The notes under the pieces were generated by a model. That model did not search any database, had not been told where the DNA came from, and worked only from the letters and a program-made list of their open reading frames with translations. 62,139 bases of DNA from Octopus sinensis (lineage: Eukaryota), in assembly GCF_006345805.1 (NCBI RefSeq), contig NW_021832260.1, positions 1 to 62,139 of the forward strand, written 5' to 3'. Below are positions 12,513-25,824 of this stretch, in pieces (position 1 is the first letter of the stretch; every line of letters begins with the position of its first letter). Position numbers and translations under genes: made by a program.

Positions 12513-13147
12513 AACAGATATATTATAGTCTCCTTAAAGACAAGAGTCGTTGCAGCTGGCTGTGTTCTATGAAGACAATAAACACCAAATTCACACACAT
12601 ATACCGATATATATATTTATAAATATATATATATCAATGTGTGTGTGTATATGTTTACATGCGCTTGTGTGTCTGTATTTGTGTTTGTGCATATGTGCGT
12701 GTGTATTTACAGATATATGTATGTATGAAAATATACAAACCCGCATGCTTACAAATAAGTGCATGTACACTCACACAACGAAGCGTGCCTAATTTGGAAA
12801 TGGTAATTGACAGGAAACGAACTCGAGGAGCAAACAATATCGAACGGAGTCATTTAAAGTTATGCAGTCGAAATGACAATGTTCACAGACGAAGCTGTCT
12901 CCACAACATTCTTACAGAAAGAAAAACACGTAATATATTATAGAATACAGTTCAAAGTGGGTGAAAAGGGTGAAAATAGCAGAATCTGTATGAAGAAATT
13001 TCAATTTTGTTAGAAAACAGTACAGAGTATTTGAAAGATGTGCTCGTACTTAGGTACGTCAAGTTAGTATGTATAATTATATAATGGTAATTGAACGTCA
13101 AAGATAATCTTTCTGTATGTGGTAATGTTGAACATCCTTTTTGAATA

Positions 13148-13178
<31 letters not shown>

Positions 13179-13209
13179 ATCGAAAAGTTAAGAGATGGAG
13201 TAGGTAAAA

Positions 13210-13620
13210 TCCGGACTACATGCATTTCATAGCGAGCGGATCCTCGGAAGCAGTAAATATCCAAGCGAGGTGTGAGGTTTCCCTCGCTATGAAACATATA
13301 TATCCCGGATTGTATCTACTCCATTCCTTAACATTTGGATTTTTATTCGCATTCCTGGCAACCCTGGCTGCCAACCGTGAAATATAAAATAACTTTTTCC
13401 AGTTTATCGTTCTTGGATATGGGAATAATTCACAACATTCCACCCATTCCACCCAATAAACCGCTGTTGTTCCTGAAAGTTGTCTTTTATATTTTCTACG
13501 GACAGCTTGAAGCTCACTTCTCTCCTATACTTCGATCCTTAGATCTTACACTTATATATATAAAAATAAGTATATATAACTTCGATATGTTTTGACCAAA
13601 GATTGGTCCAGACTATGTCT
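13210..13620. repeat. Unclassified interspersed repeat with a hairpin at one end (second copy at about 30190-30365)
   Basis: The blocks cctcggaag..gtaaatatccaagcgaggtgt and aact..ttcagtttatcgt.ctt.gata are shared with 30205-30360. Confidence 0.6.
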
Positions 13621-13624
13621 TACT

Positions 13625-14037
13625 TAATAGCACCACTTGATAGGATTGGCTACATCCCTTTTAAGTCAGACATGGTCCATTCGAGTTGGGAGTTCTTGTT
13701 GAATGTCTTGTATCCAAGTAAGGTGGCTCATTTGATATTCCTTGAAGAAATTTGTCCAGATTCCGTTTAAAGGTGATGGGATCCTTTTCCTCTTTGATCT
13801 GTTTCAGGACAATGCTATATATAGGCCAGAGTCTGTTGAGGAAAAGAAATTTTGTTGCTGTGTATTTATGTATTGTGATTCTGAATTGGGTAGGGGACGT
13901 ATGGCTCGTGGTCCCAGCCCTCAATGTATTCTAAAACTAATGTTGAAGTCGTTTGGGCAATGCTGGTGGTATATTCTCCACAACGTGCAAATAATGTACG
14001 GCCCTCGGCGGCAGTGGAGCGAATAGAGTTTCAACGC

Positions 14038-14040
<3 letters not shown>
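13625..14040 (-). mobile_element. CR1-group LINE 3' fragment (second family)
   Basis: LKLYSLHCRR / KQIKEEKDPITFKRNLDKFLQGISNEPP on the minus strand. Confidence 0.8.
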
Positions 14041-14075
<35 letters not shown>

Positions 14076-14420
14076 AGAGATGGGAGCCATGACCTCCCTT
14101 ACAAATGCTATACGGACACAAACTGTGTGTCGATAGCCAACTGGAAAAGATATTTTCCTGGGGCTAAAACAACAGTAACATCGTCCTTCATAGGACTTCC
14201 ACATTCTGCTGACATATAAACATTACTATTCGGTACTGTTACTGTATTTCTCTCGCTCAGAGATTCCAAACAAGTTGTTTTTCTCTATACGAGATCAGCG
14301 ACTGTGTGTCGCTTAACGAATTTAAGTATTTTCAAGTGGAGAGAGTTTCGTCACTAACTTCTGGTTGCCTCACACTGAGGACCGATAACATCCAGAAACC
14401 TAAGTCTGTGAATATATATG

Positions 14421-14492
<72 letters not shown>

Positions 14493-14519
14493 TACATATA
14501 TATATCCCTTCTTTCTAAA

Positions 14520-14785
14520 TTTCAGTCCGAGGACAGTGGTCATGCTGGGACAGCGCCGTTTACATTGCTACACTTTCACAAAACTTCCTCTATGTGACAC
14601 TTGGTGGATGAGGAAATTTGACGTTGCTGCCCTCATCTGCGTTTCTTGCCTAGAAGTAGGTTTATCTGGAACTCTTGACAGAAGGAGACGAAGTTTTGTT
14701 TTGAAAAGGCCTACATCCACGCCATGCAGGTCTCTCAGGCTGTGTGGGAGGATACTGAAGATCTGTGGGCTTTTGAAGCCCAAAC
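14520..14785 (-). mobile_element. CR1-group LINE 3' end (same family as 11568-12512)
   Basis: FKSPQIFSILPHSLRDLHGVDVGLFKTKLRLLLSRVPDKP...AATSNFLIHQ, then the tail ggcgctgtcccagcatgacc...gactgaaatttagaaag. Confidence 0.88.
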
Positions 14786-14856
14786 ATATGCATATACATA
14801 CACACACACACACACATATACATATGTTTGTATGCCTGTATGTATGTATCTGTGTG

Positions 14857-14889
<33 letters not shown>

Positions 14890-14934
14890 CACATATATAT
14901 ATGGATATATATGATATATATATATAAATATATA

Positions 14935-15224
14935 CTTTATAATTAGGGTTCAGCAAAGATTTGCTTTACCACATACCGAAGTTTAGAAAAAGCAGCCAAA
15001 AAATCTTAGCGATTTCTTCTACTTTAAAAATGGACTCCCAGAAAAACCAGATATAGATTGATTTTCGTTATTTTTCCTCTCTGCCTGCATGGGTTATTTT
15101 CAAGTATTTTTGTTTTTCTGGGAGTCCCTTTTTAAAGTAGAAGAAATAGCTAAGATTTTTTGGCTGCTATTTCTAAACTTCGGTATTTGGTAAAGCAAAT
15201 CTTTGCTGAACCCTAATTATAAAG
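14935..15224. mobile_element. MITE/foldback element with 113 bp inverted arms and TA flanks
   Basis: 14935-15047 is the near-perfect reverse complement of 15112-15224, with a 64 bp spacer and TA on both sides. Confidence 0.8.
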
Positions 15225-15552
15225 TATTACCTAAGTTTACCGTGAAATGGTCCTTTTTCATGCCGAATTCTACTTGGTGAAATTATTGATTACTTCTTAT
15301 TTAATTAATTTTACCCTTTGTTATTATATAAATATATAAACACATATATAGATACGCACGCACACACACATCAGAATTACACTCTCGTACACTCACAAAT
15401 ATCCAGTCAGTAAATCTAGGTATGTATACGTATGCCTATATGAACGCATAAATACACATGCTTCCATGCGCCGCATTCCCTCCACCGATATATGTACATT
15501 AAATGCAAATATCGTGTAAAAATGTTGCTTCAGTGAAGAAAAGGCGCTGAAT

Positions 15553-15720
15553 CGGCCGAATGGTAACAGCATCGAATAAAAGTCTTCACCACCAGCGGCA
15601 TACGTCAGAAGTCGCTGTGATCCGAGTTCGAATCTCGTCAAAGTTAATGTTGCTTTTTATTCATTTGGTTATGAGGGCTCGATGAGTACCATTCGAAGGC
15701 TGTGTGTGCTGGAATTATTG
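15553..15720 (+). mobile_element. Highly degenerate family A-like SINE
   Basis: A-box-like ggccgaatgg, B-box gagttcgaatc and a residual core ending in atgagtacca. Confidence 0.5.
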
Positions 15721-17300
15721 GAGAACTGATTATTAGAGAACACTTTGTAGTATATGACCTGTCTCTTCGCATTCTGACGAAAATTGAGTGAAGGTGTAGT
15801 AACAGCCCTGTGGATGGCCGTGCTTTTCGGATAAACATTGGTGGTAAGGAGAAGTAGAGTCTTTCATGCATGGGTAGCAACTAGACTTCCACAACAAAAA
15901 AATCTGGCTCAGATCTTGATATATATAAATGCACTTGCATGGTAAATGTTAATAGAGAGAGGCTGAATATAAATTGTAATTTGAGGGAAATTTGTTTTAT
16001 ATTCCTAGCACAGCTATCGTTGACGCTGGAAGGTTCATGCTGCGATGCCTTTATTTAATTTGTATTACAATATGCCGTTAAATGTATCGACCCTTCTCAT
16101 CCGATTGGATAACATCGGTGGGACCGGAGAAGTAGAGCACATGCTTGTGCCAATAAAGGACTTCCGTAAAAATCGAAACCTAGGCTTCCACTGTGGAGAA
16201 GAAACTTGACCTTTGGTAAGCTGGATGCTTTTTCGAGGAATTACATACAGTAGAACATTACCCACAGCAGCACAGATGTGTCTGTCTGTTTGTCTGATTT
16301 TCTTTCTCCCTCCCCTAACTATATCCCATCTCTCTCTCTCTCTTATTCATTGACACAGTACAAGAAAAGATTCATTTCTGTACAAGGAGTTTCAATGCTG
16401 AAGTACTTTTAGATTTTTCACTGCAGGCCTGTCGTCTTTCACTGAGCATAAATTTGTGTCTCTCCTACAATGGTTGCTATTAACTATGACTTTAATCATA
16501 TAACTATGATTGATTATGTGATACACAGGGATTCTCAGTAATCTGTTATGCTGCCATTCGAGAACTGTCTGTTTCGATTTTGTAATTGTGTTCCTGCTGT
16601 CTCTTTTGGTTGCAACCACTCAATATAACACATAGCTATATGATGAATATGGAGAGGTGTGTATACACTCACTCACTCACAAGCGTACGTATGTGTGTAT
16701 GCATATAAGGGTGTGTATTTACATAAAAATTATGTGTCTATCTATCTATCTCATTCTCTCTCTATACATGTGTGTGTATATACATATATGTGTGTGTATG
16801 AGTATGTACACATGCATAAATATTGGAAGTTCTATATATATACATATACGTATATGTATGTATGCATGTATATATAATTTATATTTGTGTGTGTGAATGT
16901 GAGTGTATACGTGCTTGTGAGCATTTGATGATGCTCATACATATTTTACTTAAATGTAAATATCAACACACACACATATTAGACATACATACAGACACAC
17001 ATACACACACACCTGCAAAGACAAACAAAACATACACACGCGAAACTATTTCAAGGACATTTTTAAGAGAGTCACGTCAGTCGCCACCGTAAAAGACATT
17101 TCACGAAAATGATGGTTTTAGTTCCACTATAAACTCTTCACATATAGGCCTGCATGCCAGAAATCAAGCGATTAGTTTGTCCTGGAAAGTGCAAGTTACC
17201 ACAAAAAACACACGTCTTCCTCCTGTAAGGACGAGCTACATTTGCAGAACAATCACAGACGCCATTGAATAACTTTATTATTATTATTATTATTATTATT

Positions 17301-18113
17301 GAGTAGTCTTATTTTTATCACGTGTCTTCACTGCACTACTGAGCGCAGCTCTGTGTGCCTTGGGTATATGCTGTGGTTTGTTGTGGGGCTCTTATTTTCA
17401 CTGTATTTAAAGTATTTTACGTAGGATGTGTGCAGTCCCCAGTAGTACTATTTTCTGTATATTACACATACTTGTAAGTCCTGGTGGTTTTGTTATGTAT
17501 TTGTCTGAATATTTTTTATCATACCAAATAAACCTAATATGATAAGAATTGTTTCTGCTTTTAGGCTCCACATTGAAGTTGCCTCTATTTCCAGATCTTT
17601 ATATCTTGAAAGTTTCTCCATTTTGTTTAGAGAAGTATTGTCATCTTTTGGTATTGATACATCGAGTAGAAAACAGTTCTTTTCTTGGTGATCTCTGACA
17701 ACTATATCCGGCCTATTTGCCTTAATTTCATCTCCCAGAGTATTGTTGCTTTCTCATTTTCTGGAACCTTTTCTGGCGTGTGCCTATACCATCTTTTTTC
17801 TGTTGTTATTCCATAGTGATGGCATAGGTTCCAGTGTTTATAGGTCCCCAACTCTGTCGTGTCTATGAATATATTCCTTCTTAGCCAGGACTGGGAAACC
17901 AGAGACAATATGATTTATTGTTTCTTCTTCATCTGCACATATTCTGCAGTTACTTGTATTTCTTCTCATTACATGTTTTCGGTAAATTCTGGTGGGAAGG
18001 CTTTGATCTTGTGCTGCAATTAAAAATCCTTCAGTCTCTGCTTTGAGTCCTGAGCTTCTCAGCCATTTTGGGGATTTTGCTTTGTCTATTTCTTTTCTGT
18101 TTAGTTTAACCCA
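17301..18113 (-). mobile_element. 5'-truncated R4/Dong-like LINE inserted in a (TAA)n tract
   Basis: Minus strand encodes CRICADEEET (CCHC start), HWNLCHHYGITTEKRWYRHTPEKV and DVSIPKDD...EKLSRYKDLEIE...ILRKIL. Flanked by (TTA)n at 17275-17300 and tattactattattac at 18115-18129. Confidence 0.9.
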
Positions 18114-18134
18114 GTATTACTATTATTACAAATC

Positions 18135-20150
18135 ACAAAAGTGATCTAATGGTTAAGGTTATCAACGATGTCGCTGGAGAGCACATGGAATCGTGTGATG
18201 TTAATTACTGGAATGTTAATATTCTTATATACACAAATGTTATTACTCTTAAAGAACACCAAGGAGAAACCTACGGTGAACAAAGTAAGGAAATTACTAA
18301 ATGGAAACAACCTAGATGAAAAAAAAATCAACAGCATGCACCACCATATCGGATCGTTAACTACAACAATAAAATGTAAGGAGAAAATGAATTTACACCT
18401 CACCAACTCTACCTTAGACAAAAATTAACGAAACTTTATGGCAACTCGTCCCATTGAGCTCTTGAGGAAAAGCTAATCATTTTAAGACATGAACTCAGGA
18501 CGATGAGCGAGAAACTCCGCTACCGCATGCGAATGTTTGAACGAAACAGTATCAATCCCAAGTTTGCTTCCAATCCACAAGAAATATACAGAGAGATGAG
18601 GAAGAAAAATATTACCATTAAGAAAGCTTCCTCCCAAGAAGGTCTACAATCATCCTAGTAAAAAATTTGGAACAGAAAGAGGGATTTCAACCTGAATGCA
18701 TCATGGCTAAATACAAATGAGAGAGAATACTGGACCAGTACTAACAGTAAAACAAACAAAATTGATGCAGAAACCTTCGCTATTGCAGTGGGTAAACTGC
18801 AGAATGGGAAGGCACCTGGAAGGGGCCTAATAGTTGGATATTAGTACAAGAAGCTGGCATTTTATAGAAACCAATTGATATGTATGTTCAAAAGGACTCT
18901 GAAAGGTCAGACAGATATGCCAAATCGGTTTTCTACAGCAAGGACAAATCTTGTGGCCAAACAGGAAATTACGCAGATGGCAGGAAACTACGGGCCCATT
19001 GCTTGCCAAAACATTATGTACGAGCTGTACACAAATTGCCTCAAACAATTCCTCCAGGACCATTGTGAGTCGAAGAATATTGTGACTGTTGAAAGTGCTG
19101 GTGGAAAGAAAGGAGTGGGGGGGTGTCGATCAACTTTTAATAAACAAACCTGTACTGTTTGAAGTAAAAAAAGAACGTATAAATCTTGTGACAGTATGGC
19201 TTTACTACAAGAAGGTATTCGACTCTGTCTGTCTCTCATTCATAGCTGTTGAAGTGCCTACATCTGGCAAAATTACCTGCTACATTAATTACTGCTAAAG
19301 AGAGGCTCACAAAGACATGAACAACCATTCTTACCCTTAAAACAGAACAATAATTGTTTCCGATAGTACAGGCATTTCAAAAGGAATATTCCAGAGAGAT
19401 AGTCTTTCTGTACTTTTTTTCATTTTGGCCAAATGGTTGCATGCTAGGATCTTCAACTGATAGAAATATCAGTGTAACTCACTATATCTTTCTAGACAAC
19501 CTGAAGATTTATGCTAAAGGTGTTAAGAATGCAAAAACACAATTAGAATTAATAACATTTTCAGCTGATATAAGCATGGGATTTGGCCAAAAGAAATGTT
19601 CATATTTGGTTATAGAACGAGGAAAATCAGTCCCCCAAAACCAAAACCTGTGTATCAACGGTCTCTGTATCTCCCCCATTCCACACAAAGAATGTTATAA
19701 GTACCTAGGCTTAGATGAAAATATATCCTATAAAGGCACTGTGAATAAAGATAGAGTGACTCGAAGATAATACACCAGACTTACGAAAATATGGCAGTCG
19801 GAACTCTCCTCTTACAACAAAACAATATCCCACAATGCATTTGCAGTACCAGTGCTGATCCCAACCATTTGGGATAATTGATTGGTCTGTAGAGGAAATC
19901 CACTCCATAGATATCAAAACCCGAAAAATCTTGACAACAATTGGGAACTTCCACAGAAACAGTGATGTTGACAGGCCCTCCCTAAGAAGAAATGAAGGTA
20001 GTAGAGGCCTTCAGATGCCGTATGGTATCACTCAGATGCCGTATGGTATCACTCAGGCAGCACTTGCTGAACAACCGCAGCAAAGATAAAGATGCAAGTG
20101 TGAAGGTAGAACATCTCGGAGCTGAAACAATTCTTGGCAGGGTTATTGAA
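18135..20150 (+). mobile_element. Long decayed R4/Dong-like LINE ORF (N-terminal region plus reverse transcriptase)
   Basis: KAPG, NYGPIACQNIMYELYT, AGGKKGVGGC, YKKVFDSV, GIFQRDSLS, HYIFLDNLKIY, YKYLG and IDIKTRKIL motifs across many stops and frameshifts. A 21 bp tandem duplication lies near 20015-20055. Confidence 0.88.
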
Positions 20151-20229
20151 GCATGACCAGTAAACAAGTGTCATCTTAGTCTGCTGGATATGGACAGTTG
20201 GCACTTTTCATAATAGCCAGCAAAATAAG

Positions 20230-20510
20230 CTGTGTTTTCATATAATAACAAAGACGGTGGATATAGATGCGGAGGAGTGACCTGTGGATGGATACAGAAG
20301 CACTTATATAGGACGAAGTATGTGAAGTTCAAAATTAACAACGCAATTGAGAACGACAGACGCAGAATATGTTGTGCGAGTGATGAAACGGTATGGCACA
20401 TTGTTAGCAAATGCCCGAAATTGGCACAACGCGATTGCAAAAGACGACATGACAATGTGGCAAGGGTGATCCATTGGGAGATCTATGGAAATCACGGCTT
20501 GTAAAGAGCA
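20230..20510 (+). mobile_element. R4/Dong-like CCHC fragment
   Basis: RICCASDETVWHIVSKCPKLAQRDCKRRHDNVARVIHWEI. Confidence 0.85.
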
Positions 20511-20514
20511 AAGC

Positions 20515-20875
20515 ATATATGAGTACCTAGATGAGAACGACCTACTACCAGTGGAGCAATAAGGGTGTAGACGTAAGAGTAGAGGAACGAAGGATCAATT
20601 ACTAATCGATAAGACAACCCTGGCTGACTGCAAGAAGAGACACAAAAATATGGCGATGGCATGGGTGGACTAGAGGAAAGCATATGACATGGTTCCACAC
20701 TCGTGTATTATTGAATGCCTTCAACTGCGTAAGGTCGCCCACAATATCCTGAAGTTAATACAAAACTCAATGACCACGTGGCAAACTGAACTCACAGCAT
20801 GGGGAGATAAGATCAGAGAGGTAAATATCAAAAGAGAAATCTTTCAAGGGGACAGTCTGTCACCTCTCCAGGAGT
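20515..20875 (+). mobile_element. R4/Dong-like RT fragment
   Basis: [23 protein letters not shown]...AWVD*RKAYDMVPHSCIIECL...IKREIFQGDSLSPL. Confidence 0.88.
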
Positions 20876-21431
20876 TCCCACAAAACCCGAGATTAAAAAT
20901 ATATAAAAATAATGATCATGATGATGATGATGATGATAATGACAATGATGATGTTAATGGTTCCTGATATCAATAATATATCAAAGCCATCAGTCAAACG
21001 TTGTTGAAATATCCTTTCCAACGAATATTACTATATCTAAATAAGTAATACAAGAGATTTACTTTTACGTTCGGGTTAAAAACTGTAATTAAATAAACTT
21101 TTGGAAAAAGTTTATTTCTTTTATTTTATCTTATATTTTTTTCGGAAAAACTATATAGAGCCAACACGAGAAAAGCATGAAATTTATTGATTGATAAAAG
21201 AAATCGCCAATCACTTGGCGTGCGCTGTTAGACATTTCTGACAAAATAAACATTTCATTATTTTTATTTTTTCCTGACATGATTTTTAAATTTAATTTAA
21301 TGGAACAACGAGAAAAGGAAATTGAAGGAGATGATATGATTGGTTATCAGCACATATATATCGTGAGGTATCATTGGTAACTGTTTTGAAATGGAGTTGT
21401 TGTTGCTGAGCATTAGAAATCATGAAAACAT

Positions 21432-21471
<40 letters not shown>

Positions 21472-21493
21472 TATATGTATGCATGCATGCACA

Positions 21494-21533
<40 letters not shown>

Positions 21534-21733
21534 GTGTGTGTGTGTGTGGATGTGTGTGCGTGTATCTATATTTATAATTATGTATATGAATGAGTGTAGG
21601 TATAGATATGCATAGACACAGAAGTACACACACATGTTACGATAGAGAGAAAGAGAGAGCAGAAGAGAGAGAGAGGAAGAGACAGACATATATATATATA
21701 TACAGAAAGATAGAGAGAGAGAGAGAGAGAGGG

Positions 21734-21765
<32 letters not shown>

Positions 21766-23149
21766 TTGCCAATACACAGTGTTGGCTTGTTGGCTATATT
21801 GCTTATTTAAACATTTTTTGTCCTTCAAGTCGACTTTCGCACCACTGCATCTTGTCAAGCTAATGAGTTTTCGGTATTTCGAACCTGTTTCATATACAAA
21901 AAATGGGTGAAGTAGAAGCAATATGGTTAACTTTTGTTAGTAAAGGAATTAACTCCTCGATTTTACTCAGGAACTTTTACGCAAATATTTGGTTGAAAGT
22001 GACCCAAGAGAAATCCTAAACTGTGGCGGTAATTAGAAATTAAATCGAATTCACTGTTAAGTTAATTTAGGTTATGTAGTTTCTCGGACAAGCAGAGCAT
22101 ACAAGGTTGTAATCAATTTGAATATGATAGGACTATCGCCAATGCTCCACGCTATAGTAAGATAGTTATATCCTTTATCTTCTGGCTCCCAAATGAAAGG
22201 ATAAAGAAACGGAGGATACTCTTTCTATGGATGCAATTAACCTATTTTGTTTAGTATATCCGTTGATGCCATTTTCAGTAAGTCGCACGGAGTCCATCTG
22301 AAAACCATCATTTAGTGAATGCATCTCTATGTAACTTGGAGAGCAAATATCAGTAAATATAAAGTCTACCTTGAATAATCTTTTGTTTCATCTGTACTGG
22401 TTGACATACATATAAACACTGACAAAAACAAATACACACACGTGTGAATGTATATGCATATATTCATCCATACATACATGCATATATACACACGCACGCA
22501 CACAGAGACACACATACACATGCATACCAGATGTATACTGTTACTATGCACTCTATGATGGGATGAGTATCTCAACATTTTTTATCAATGTCCATGCATA
22601 TACATAATACGAAATTAACATAAAAATATCAAATCGCAACCTGACGCATAGCGTAACAACATCATTAATCGACTAACATAGTAATTTATGGTTAGTCAGA
22701 CCAGTCACAGCATTCACATCATATGGACTTTAATCCTCCCCTTTTGGTTAAAACATCGATGTTATGTTTCATCGCAATTCCTAGACGGATTATCGGAATA
22801 TTAATTCATCTTAACTCGAATATTTTTAATTTTATTTTTCAAATCTCTTGAAAAAAAAAAACCCCTGGTAAATAGAATCGACTGCGTACCGATTTCTATT
22901 CTTTATCTTTTCTTAACACAATGCAAAATGGCTGCACTGATTAAGAACTTGATCTTCATTCATCTCGAAAGTTTGAGTTTCCGCTTCCGGTGGGGACTTA
23001 AACTACTTTTAAATATTTTCTCCTGTAAGCATTCAAAAACATACAAAACAAACATAGCAACAACAACAAAACATAAATTGCATAAAACTTAAATTCGCAG
23101 AATTTTTATTGATTGCGCCATACACCATCGATAATTGTAATCTTTTTGT

Positions 23150-23424
23150 TTATCGTTTATTATTATTATTATTATTGTTGTTGTTGTTGTTGATGTGGTT
23201 GTTATTATTATCATCATCATTGTCATTTTTGTTATTATCAACCTTTTCTTTTTTGTTCTTGTTTCTGTATCTCCATTTTGGTTCGATAAGCTAAATATAT
23301 TTCTTTTCCAATTTTTAACTGGAGCTGATACAGTACTAGTGGAAACAAAAGTAAAGAAATTTAATAAATAACAATAACAACGGCAAAAACCACCACAACG
23401 ACAATGATAATAATCGTAATAAAA

Positions 23425-23497
<73 letters not shown>

Positions 23498-23510
23498 TAA
23501 CTATACAATG
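23150..23510. repeat. Compound trinucleotide microsatellites (TTA/TTG/TCA and TAA)
   Basis: Directly visible. Confidence 0.9.
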
Positions 23511-23939
23511 ACTCTAAAAAAATCTAGTTATTTACATTTTCTTCAAATGAAATTCAAGAACGCATATATTCTATGAAGAAGAAAAATCTTCGAGTTTTTC
23601 TAGTTTTTAAATTCTGGAAATTTTTTTTATGGATATGGTTAATATGGAATCTTTTGATTTTTTTTATCAATAATAAAAGTCTTTGCAGGATTTATTGGCA
23701 GAACAATCGTTCTGCGATTAGGAAACTTATGTAAAATTATAACACCGACACATATTTAAACACACACACACACACACACACAGAGGCGCGCGCGCTCATA
23801 CATACACATGCTTGTAAATAAACGTAAGCATACATATATCTGCTTACGTTCATATATATATATGGTAAATGCACACATGTATATATATACAAATGTATAT
23901 ATTCATACAAGGTATATGCATAATATATATATGTAAATA

Positions 23940-23987
<48 letters not shown>

Positions 23988-24047
23988 ATAATTCGTATTG
24001 AATCCTATAACAAGTAAAAGAGTATGTATTATGTATATGCACACACA

Positions 24048-24086
<39 letters not shown>

Positions 24087-25824
24087 GATACATACATATA
24101 TATGTATCTATATATATGAATGTATATATATATATATACACATATATACACATATATACACATGTATATGTGCATCTATATATAGGAATTTTCCATTTAT
24201 TCAAGTTGTCTGGAAGCTTGGAAATCATTTGAGATTGCAATAAAATTTATTTCGGAACTTATTTTCTAAATTTAAAAAGAAAAGAAATGAAGTCCCAACA
24301 AACAGTAGCAGCAACAGCAATAGCAACAATAATGATGATGATGATGACGATGACGATATTAATAATAGTAAAATAATAATAATAATGATAAAAAAATCAA
24401 CAATAACAATAACATTGATAATAATAACCGAGCTGTAGTTATATTGCAATGATAATAGTAGTTATTTTCGATCGTCAGACACGATGTGGACAGTTAATGC
24501 CATCTTGTGGCGGAGTAAGAGGAAGGAAGGGGAAGAATATTTGCAGACTTGGATTGGAGAGGTGGGAGTTGAAGAGAGATGGAGAAATCGTAGAAGGAAT
24601 ATTGAGTGGGAAATATATGTACACACACACACACACACACACATTAATAAAACAATAGTTCATGAATAAATGGTACCAGATGAGCAGCAGCTACAGAGTA
24701 GAAGACAAAATACTTTGTAGTCTTTTTTCTGGGATCCTTCATTGTCTGGGTTCAAACCTCATTATGGTCTATTCCAGTTTGAACTTAGAATATGTCTGGG
24801 AGTAAGCATGCCTTTTTGTTCAGAAGTTTATTCTGTATATAATTGGTTTTGGTGTTTAATTGTGCGGTATCTTGGGCAAGTGTGTTCTAACAGAATCTCG
24901 GATCAGCTAAAGTCTTGTTCGAGGAATTTGGTGAATGAGAAATAAGAGGAAGGTTTTCATTTCTTTTCATGTATTAATCAGTAGCTCCACACCACCATCT
25001 AATTCTCGGTTGCTTATGGCGCAGTGAACTTTGTTGTAAGCATTTGAGTTGTGTTACCGTACGGAGGCCATGAAACCATGTACAAGACCGTTAGGTCTTG
25101 TACATGGTTGAAAATAAAAAGAGAAAAAATTCCCTATTTTATCCGACACTGTAACAAACAATAAAAATATATTAAGACATAGTTAATTTTTTAAATAAGA
25201 TTTTGTCCTAAAACAAGGTTTGATTCCATTGTACCAACAAGAGCTACGAAAAAGGAAAAGAAAAGGCCAACAAATTCAAAAGATGTTGATTAGCAAAAAG
25301 TTTAAACGACAGAATATTACAGATATACGAAAGCAGGACAGTAGTATTGAGTTCCAGAGAGTGACATTTTGAGGAAAGATGCTATTAGAATATATGAGAG
25401 GATCTCTCCAGGCGAATACCGCAGTATTCCGCATTTTGAAAATTCTCCATATTAAGTCTGATGTAAAGATTACTTTGTGTTAAAATTAATTCCGTCGCTA
25501 ATAATGATTTCTATTAAGCCTGCTTGTTATTTGTGATATCAGTGACTGAGAAGACACTGTTATTCTATATATTGTTGGTAGTAAGACTAAGCGTGTATGC
25601 GGTGACAGGACGCCTGTCACTGAAGAAGTGCAATACAGAGAAATCACGTAATCTGGCATTCCCAGTGCCTATGGTAGTCAATTCTCGTTTGCTACGATAT
25701 CATATATCTGTGCGCTTAACACTGTAAGTCTACATGAAAGACCTCTCAAGGTGAAAACCGCAATATTCAGCATTCTAACTACATATAAACGTCAAATTGT
25801 ATATATATATATATATATATATAG

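Noticed and set aside
14340-14390. GUGAC-GAAAC with a possible stem II on the minus strand
   Set aside because: The core reads AGUGUGA and the stem II 5' strand is mismatched; too degenerate.
16065-16265. Complex-sequence 66 aa ORF
   Set aside because: No recognisable motif in any frame and no convincing splice sites.
21820-21860. UUGACAA...GCA-GUGG-UGC-GAAAGUCGACU on the minus strand (apparent U3:A8 candidate)
   Set aside because: It needs a 3 nt insertion before stem II and has no stem I.
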